A DNA stretch of 64,000 bases, from positions 1 to 64,000 of the forward strand of contig CBDDUX010000010.1 of NCBI GenBank assembly GCA_965234725.1, given 5' to 3'. The notes beneath the pieces were generated by a model. That model searched no databases, had not been told where the DNA came from, and was given only the letters and a program-made list of their open reading frames with translations. The position numbers and the translations under genes were made by a program. The DNA is from Thermoplasmatota archaeon (GTDB taxonomy: Archaea; Thermoplasmatota; Penumbrarchaeia; Penumbrarchaeales; Penumbrarchaeaceae). Shown here piece by piece: positions 58,307-64,000 of the stretch (position 1 is its first letter; every line of letters begins with the position of its first letter).

Positions 58307-59173
58307 ATGGGCCGCCTGGGGGCCCATGTAAGCGTATCCGGAGGGGTGGCGAACAGTGTCCAGAGGGCCCTGGACCTTGATCTGATGACCTTTCAGATAT
58401 TTTCAAGGAACCAGAGGCAATGGACACCGCCTCCCCTCCCGGACGATGATGTCAATTCTTTTAAGGGATCTCTCAACGAGACAAGCCTGGGCCCGATCCT
58501 GGTCCATGCCTCATACCTTATCAATCCTGCTTCACCGGATGAAAAGATGAGGGATCGTTCCGTATCGGCTCTGGCAGATGAACTTGGAAGATGTTCTTCA
58601 CTGGGTCTTGAGAGGCTTGTTCTCCATCCTGGTGCCCATAAAGGTTCTGGCAAAGAAGAAGGGATCAGGAATATTGGAAGAACGATCGACGAAGCATATT
58701 CCAGACTTCATGAGACCCATGAAAATATCCAAATGGTCCCCACGGTCCTTCTGGAGACCACTGCAGGCCAGGGAACCGGTCTGGGGTCCACCTTCTCTGA
58801 GATCGGTGATATGATAGGGGCCACATCCAGGGATAACAGACCAGGTGTCTGTCTGGATACATGCCACATGCATTCTGCAGGTTATGATCTGCTGACCAAA
58901 GGATCATACATGGCTGTCATGGATGATCTTGAGGGATCCTTAGGGAGTGAGAATGTGTTGGGGATCCATCTGAATGATTCGTTGAGGGAGTTGGGATCCC
59001 ATATCGATAGACATGCGAACATAGGGGAAGGGACAATGGGAACGGAACCATTCAGACTGCTTCTGAATGATAACAGGTTCTTCAATACCCCAATGATACT
59101 GGAAACACCCGGTGGAGATGAAGGTTACGAGAAGGACCTATCGGTCCTAAGGTCGCTTGTCATTGCCAGATGA
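58307..59173 (+). CDS. nfo: Endonuclease IV (AP endonuclease)
   Basis: LGAHVS..GG, FQIFSRN, HASYLIN, HPGAH, LETTAGQG, CLDTCH, HLNDS, DRH, ILETP. Confidence 0.95.
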   Translation: MGRLGAHVSVSGGVANSVQRALDLDLMTFQIFSRNQRQWTPPPLPDDDVNSFKGSLNETSLGPILVHASYLINPASPDEKMRDRSVSALADELGRCSSLGLERLVLHPGAHKGSGKEEGIRNIGRTIDEAYSRLHETHENIQMVPTVLLETTAGQGTGLGSTFSEIGDMIGATSRDNRPGVCLDTCHMHSAGYDLLTKGSYMAVMDDLEGSLGSENVLGIHLNDSLRELGSHIDRHANIGEGTMGTEPFRLLLNDNRFFNTPMILETPGGDEGYEKDLSVLRSLVIAR

Positions 59174-59803
59174 TCCTCTCTTGACCCATCCTTCTGAGGT
59201 GAAGGGGGAATCTTTCTTCGGCTCCAAGACCCCACTGGGAGAACCCAATGAGATATCATCACTTTCCATTTCAATTAAAACGGAATAGGTCTCAAGGGTC
59301 TTTTCATCGTAAACACCCTCGTGGTGGTCCAGGAGACCATGTTCGGTTTCCAGATGTTTCCTTCTTCTGGATCCCGATGGGCGTCCACCAGCCTCTCTAC
59401 TGGTCCTGTCAACGAATGAATCACCCGTTATCTTGTTGTACAACGCTTCCATATCCGCCTTGATGAAAGCTTTCAACTCCACATCTGCCAGCAGTGATCC
59501 GTCCTGCCATGCTTCTGCGATCAGCTGGGCATGAATGTCCATTGGGATCTCCAGCAGGTCCGCTACTATCCTCATCAACTTCCTGAGCCTTACGTTTGCG
59601 GGGTCCTCTATGGACCTCTTCATAAGGTATCTGTAATGGTCCATCAGGTCCTTCCTTGAATGAACATTCCCTGTAGCTGGATTCTTCACCTTCCCGGTGA
59701 TCTTACCATCGAATAGACGGAAGAATGATATATTCGGGGGATCCTCTTCTGTCATATGATACATGTCCCTCCCATCGGGATCGTCGGGATGCATGACACC
59801 CAT
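59147..59803 (-). CDS. Hypothetical protein
   Basis: 218-codon ORF convergent on nfo; contains a helical segment resembling the J-protein C-terminal module. Confidence 0.55.
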   Translation of the reverse strand: MGVMHPDDPDGRDMYHMTEEDPPNISFFRLFDGKITGKVKNPATGNVHSRKDLMDHYRYLMKRSIEDPANVRLRKLMRIVADLLEIPMDIHAQLIAEAWQDGSLLADVELKAFIKADMEALYNKITGDSFVDRTSREAGGRPSGSRRRKHLETEHGLLDHHEGVYDEKTLETYSVLIEMESDDISLGSPSGVLEPKKDSPFTSEGWVKRGSSGNDKRP

Positions 59804-59952
59804 GGGATAAGACCAAAGGATCCAGTGAGACTATAAATCTTTCTCCGATCCCGGGTAGCGGGATATATCAAATGATAGGAACAGGGTTCGATTATTATAC
59901 TGGACCCTCGATTCACAGTTGAACGGACCCCATGGTTCACCGGGTGATATCA

Positions 59953-60924
59953 GTGGAAAGGTCAATCCTCGTAACAGGTGGAGCAGGGTTCATCGGATCG
60001 AACCTGGTAGACCTCCTCATGGAGGAAGGTTATTTAGTGTACGTTCTAGACGACCTTTCAACAGGGAACCTTGAAAATCTGTCCAGGTGGTCCGGGGACG
60101 ATAACCTGAGGTTCATCAGGGGTGATATCAGGAGACCCTTGGACGAGTCCCTTCACCCTGGGACCGTTTCGCAAGGTCCCCCTATCGGGGCAATTTTCCA
60201 TCTTGCCGCCTGGGTCGATGTGACATCCTCCTTCGAGCATCCTGGAGATAACGCTGCAGTCAATTACCTGGGCACGTTCAATGTCCTGGAATATGCCATG
60301 AAGCATGACATTGAAAGGGTGGTATTCTCCTCCTCAGCAGCCGTTTACGGAGATACCGTGGACCTCCCGGTTACCGAGGGTATGGACAAGGTCCCACTCT
60401 CACCCTACGGACTTCACAAGCTTTCCTCCGAGATGCTCATGGACATATACAACAAACAATGGGAGCTGAGCACGGCATCCCTCCGGTTCTTCAATGTATA
60501 CGGTCCGAGGCAGGACCCATCAAATCCATATTCCGGAGTTATTTCGAAGTTCCTTGACCGGGCCTTATCCTCCAAACCTCTGCTGATCTACGGAGACGGG
60601 GGCCAGACACGGGATTTCATTTACGTTGAGGATGTGGCAAGGGCACTTCTCATGACAGCAAGGTCGAAAGCTGTCGGATCAATGAACCTTGGAACTGGAA
60701 AGGAAACTTCCATACTGGACCTGGCAGATGCTGTCGGAAGCATTTGGGGAAAGGACCTGAAGAAGGTCCATATGCCAGCAAGGAAAGGGGAGATACTCAG
60801 GTCCTGTGCGGATGTTTCCAGGATCGAGGAAAAGGTCGGGTTCAAGGCCGAGATCGATCTGAAAGAGGGCATGAGGAAATGTGGTGAATGGTTCAAAAGG
60901 AGGAGAACTGCTGATGGCGGATAG
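59953..60924 (+). CDS. NAD-dependent epimerase/dehydratase (UDP-glucose 4-epimerase-like)
   Basis: TGGAGFIG, HLAA, SSSAAVYG, YGLHK, LRFFNVYGPRQ, GDGGQTRDF; GTG 59953 after GGGTGAT (track start 59932). Confidence 0.92.
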   Translation: MERSILVTGGAGFIGSNLVDLLMEEGYLVYVLDDLSTGNLENLSRWSGDDNLRFIRGDIRRPLDESLHPGTVSQGPPIGAIFHLAAWVDVTSSFEHPGDNAAVNYLGTFNVLEYAMKHDIERVVFSSSAAVYGDTVDLPVTEGMDKVPLSPYGLHKLSSEMLMDIYNKQWELSTASLRFFNVYGPRQDPSNPYSGVISKFLDRALSSKPLLIYGDGGQTRDFIYVEDVARALLMTARSKAVGSMNLGTGKETSILDLADAVGSIWGKDLKKVHMPARKGEILRSCADVSRIEEKVGFKAEIDLKEGMRKCGEWFKRRRTADGG

Positions 60925-63892
60925 AACCAAAAGGACAAAGGTCCATTCAGATGAAAGGATACTCCTGTTCCTTTCAGAATATTCCAACAAGAGGGAGCTC
61001 TGGGATGTTCCCAAGGAGGTCACCCAGAAGGGTATCTCTGCGAGGCTCGATATCCTGGAGAACAATGTATCACGATCACTAAAGCGTCTCCAGGTCGATG
61101 ATCTGGTGGAGGCTGACCTCAAACATATCAAGGGAGAGAAGAGAAGGCAGAGGGCCTATTTCCTGACCCATAAAGGAGAGGAGACCGTTGTTGAGGTCAG
61201 GGACCGGGTATCACGGATGCCCATGACGGTCACTCTCGAGGGAGACCTCCTGCGGACATCCGTGGATACAGCTTACAAGAGAGCAAGGGAATTCGGATTG
61301 AACCTTACAATGGCAGAGGTCTACCAGGTTAAGAGGAACGGGGATGAACCCTTGATAATATCCTCAAGAGGAAGCAGTGCCGGAGAGGGTCCCAATCTCT
61401 ATGGAAATTATCAGCTCCCTGAACATTTCTATGGCAGGGAGAAGGAGACTGCCGTTGTGAAGGATTTCCTTAACTCCAAGACCGGTGTACTCCTTATCTG
61501 GGGTCTAGCTGGAATGGGTAAGACATCCCTTATCCTCCATGCCCTCACAAAGAACATGGTGAACGGCGGATACATCTGTTGCGAACCATGGACAGACAGA
61601 ATAGAGCTAATAAACGAGATCTCCAACGTGATCAGTGAGATGGGCCTCCAGGAGGAAGCCGAGGAGCTGGAAGGGGACGATATCTCACCAGGCAAGCTGA
61701 CAAGGACCATGAGGGAGCTGAGCGCGACCCAGAAGAACCTTGTCCTCGTGATAGACGACCTCCAGAAGACAGGGGGTGGTATCGATATCTACATCGAGGC
61801 TTTGTGCAAGGCCGCAATGGACCATCCCGGTCTCAAACTTGTTCTCCTCACTAGGGACCGACCACTATTCCTCGATCCTCGGTACGAGCTCAGAGGAACG
61901 CTTGTGGCCCTGGAACTCAAGGGTCTTGACGAACCGGCCATCAAGCAGATGGTGAGGGAGCAGGAAGTGGAAGCGGATCCGGACATCCTACTCGATATCA
62001 CGAAGGGCCACCCACTATTCATAGAACTACTCATGACCGCCCTCGATTCCGGTCCATCCGACAGATTCCATGAATTCCTGGACCTGGAGGTCATTTCACC
62101 ATTATCTCCCAGACAGAAGAAAGCTCTGGAACTCGCGTCCATGGTCGGGATCCCATTCCATAGGTCCCTTCTGAGAAATATCAAGCTGGAAGACATTGAC
62201 ATCCTAAAGAGGAAGGGGCTTCTCAGGGAGGACAGATACGGCCTTCTATACGTTCATGATCTGATTGCTGACCATTTGATGGAGAAGATCCCCTCAGAGA
62301 GGAGGGAGGAGGACCGCGATGAGATCATAGCCTACCAGATCTCCGTGATCCTGAGGATATGGGGGGATGGACCCCAGCTGGGAGCAACTCCTGTGTTGAA
62401 AGAGGGATTGAAACCTACACCGGAGGTGGAGGTACACATGGTCAGGACCTATCTCTCCATCGCCTATGAGGACAATCCCGGTCTCAGAGGATTATTGAGG
62501 AGATACATAGAATCATTGACAAAGAGGCTCCTGGACCTCGGCAGGCCCGAACTGGCAAGGAACCTTATCATGCTCCTTTCTGAAACATCCCTCAGAGGAA
62601 GGGGAAAGATCCTAACCGCTCCCATTATGGGACTGGAAAGGTCCCATCTCCCCGAGGAGGACAGGCTCCTTCTCATCCTCAATAGAGCGGAACTTCACGC
62701 TATTGAAGGCGAATGGCAGAAAGCATCCGCCGCCCTCGATCTCATAGAAGCTTCTTTCCCCAAGGGTATTCTGAAAGGTGAGGTCAAGACGAGGTTCAAT
62801 CAGCTCATGGGACAGGTGTCCAGATCGAAGAAGAGGTTTATAGAGACCATCCATTCGCACAGGACCGCCATCAAGGAGATGGGAGTGGAAGGTGACGTGT
62901 TGGGGGTTGCAAGGGAGAAGCTGGAACTTTCAGAGGCCCTCTACAATATGGGAGAATTCCAGGAATCCGCCCAGGAGGCACTTGAAAGCGCTTCCTCCTT
63001 CCAGGAGGAAAGGGATCCGGAAGGTGAGGTGCATGCATCCCTTCAGGCCTTCAGGTCCTACACCTCAGGGGGAAGGAGGATGAGAGGCAAGAGATGCCTT
63101 GAACGTTCCAGGGAGATCGCCAGATCAATGGACGATCAGAGGATCCTGACGATGATAGAGCTGGAGTCCATCCTCAATCAGGAAAACCTTCCAATGGAGA
63201 ACCATATTGCCAGTTTCGGAAGGCAAACGGAGCTTCTGGAACCCGAGGACACGGATATCGCCGTCAAAGGTTATCTGAGGATCGCAAAGCATCTGGAAGG
63301 AGCTCCCGGAAAAGAGAATCTGATCCTCAGGCTCAAATGTCTGTCCTCGGCCAACGACCTTCTGAGCGGTACCTCGAAGAAGGAGGGACTTAGAACGCTT
63401 ATCAAGAGAATGGGGCCTGACCAGCTGTCAGAAAGGGACCTCCTGGAAAGCCGTATAGACCTGCTTGAACAGACACTGTCTTTCCTGGAACCGGAGAACA
63501 GATTGAAGGATAACCTGATGGAACTTGCAAGGGAAAAGGGATTCCCCTTTACACGTGTCAGGAACGAGGATATCAAGGGGACGCTTCTCAATGGCATTTG
63601 CGATTCAGAGTGGCAACTCTTTGAGGTAACCCTGGATGATCTTGAGAACGAAGAATACGGACCCGAGGACCTAGAGACACTTGCTGAGGACCAGTGCCAT
63701 AATCTACTGATGGCCGGGAACCATTTCCAGTTGATGGGGAAATTGGATCGTGCAAGGGAGATCTACCTTAAATGCAGAGAGGTCATGGAGATCTACGAGA
63801 AGGCCGTGGCCAAGCGCCCAGAGCATGTTACTGAATGGGACATCAGAAAGGTCAAAGAGGTTGTACAAATAAACATGTCCCAGCTGGGTTAA
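60914..63892 (+). CDS. wHTH-NB-ARC-like (STAND) NTPase-TPR regulator
   Basis: N-terminal wHTH (TQKGISARL...NVSRSLKRL...YFLT.KG), FYGREKE, GLAGMGKTS, LVIDD, TKGHPL, TPR-like helices. Confidence 0.85.
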   Translation: MADRTKRTKVHSDERILLFLSEYSNKRELWDVPKEVTQKGISARLDILENNVSRSLKRLQVDDLVEADLKHIKGEKRRQRAYFLTHKGEETVVEVRDRVSRMPMTVTLEGDLLRTSVDTAYKRAREFGLNLTMAEVYQVKRNGDEPLIISSRGSSAGEGPNLYGNYQLPEHFYGREKETAVVKDFLNSKTGVLLIWGLAGMGKTSLILHALTKNMVNGGYICCEPWTDRIELINEISNVISEMGLQEEAEELEGDDISPGKLTRTMRELSATQKNLVLVIDDLQKTGGGIDIYIEALCKAAMDHPGLKLVLLTRDRPLFLDPRYELRGTLVALELKGLDEPAIKQMVREQEVEADPDILLDITKGHPLFIELLMTALDSGPSDRFHEFLDLEVISPLSPRQKKALELASMVGIPFHRSLLRNIKLEDIDILKRKGLLREDRYGLLYVHDLIADHLMEKIPSERREEDRDEIIAYQISVILRIWGDGPQLGATPVLKEGLKPTPEVEVHMVRTYLSIAYEDNPGLRGLLRRYIESLTKRLLDLGRPELARNLIMLLSETSLRGRGKILTAPIMGLERSHLPEEDRLLLILNRAELHAIEGEWQKASAALDLIEASFPKGILKGEVKTRFNQLMGQVSRSKKRFIETIHSHRTAIKEMGVEGDVLGVAREKLELSEALYNMGEFQESAQEALESASSFQEERDPEGEVHASLQAFRSYTSGGRRMRGKRCLERSREIARSMDDQRILTMIELESILNQENLPMENHIASFGRQTELLEPEDTDIAVKGYLRIAKHLEGAPGKENLILRLKCLSSANDLLSGTSKKEGLRTLIKRMGPDQLSERDLLESRIDLLEQTLSFLEPENRLKDNLMELAREKGFPFTRVRNEDIKGTLLNGICDSEWQLFEVTLDDLENEEYGPEDLETLAEDQCHNLLMAGNHFQLMGKLDRAREIYLKCREVMEIYEKAVAKRPEHVTEWDIRKVKEVVQINMSQLG

Positions 63893-63956
63893 AAAGGTTT
63901 GAGATCAGGGAAATAACAAGGTTAAATACTTAATCGACCACCCGCTTTTTAGTACC

Positions 63957-64000
63957 ATGAGGCAGGTCCCTTCCAGGTGCCCCTCCTGTGGTGAACCCAA
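63957..64000 (+). CDS. 5' end of a zinc-ribbon protein (DUF2089-like), truncated by the window edge
   Basis: MRQVPSRCPSCGEP...; TTAAATA promoter-like box upstream. Confidence 0.5.
   Translation, partial: MRQVPSRCPSCGEP

Noticed and set aside
381-63597. Numerous antisense or alternate-frame ORFs in the track (e.g. 14432-15064, 44937-45608, 57651-58427)
   Set aside because: They lie within well-supported genes and have no recognisable motifs; treated as shadow ORFs
126-63892. Pyrrolysine/selenocysteine read-through or programmed frameshifts
   Set aside because: Recognisable genes end at expected family lengths; no split conserved domains across TAG/TGA were noticed
1-64000. CRISPR arrays, transposases/IS, integrases, rRNA
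   Set aside because: No regularly spaced direct repeats, terminal inverted repeats with a transposase, recombinase motifs or rRNA-like stretches were seen

Overview
Archaeal chromosomal window, most consistent with a Thermoplasmatota (Thermoplasmata-type) genome. The evidence is archaeal RPA plus RPA-associated protein, phosphopantothenate synthetase, Cgi121, a PAC2 chaperone, UPF0147, DUF211/DUF531 proteins, an archaeal SRP RNA, and wHTH-NTPase-TPR regulators typical of this lineage. The window is gene-dense (about 63 CDS). Housekeeping genes (dcd, rlmE, rpa, pyrG, RibD-type reductase, dnaK/dnaJ, trkH x2, nfo, bcp) are mixed with many secreted or membrane-anchored proteins: a 2088-aa Ig-repeat surface protein, a 1163-aa C25-peptidase-like protein and a serpin. 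No CRISPR array, tRNA, rRNA or transposase was recognised. Features absent from the supplied ORF track are the SRP RNA (39298-39615), a rubredoxin (58138-58299) and a 57-aa two-TM ORF (32753-32926). Most notable observations: (1) an Hsp20-GrpE fusion heading the dnaK operon, with a perfect 8-1-8 palindrome in its leader; (2) an identically spaced C-P-x-C-x10-RP-x4-C-x2-C-x5-IP zinc ribbon shared by the tail of the giant surface protein and a J-domain protein; (3) a multi-HhH protein with two MinD-like amphipathic motifs; (4) a switch-like leader on an RRM gene; (5) a THUMP-less ThiI coupled to dcd; (6) a TFE-alpha-like protein; (7) a stand-alone PqqD/RRE protein; (8) strong enrichment of TGATC at stop codons. 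All family calls come from motif recognition by eye; no database search was run.
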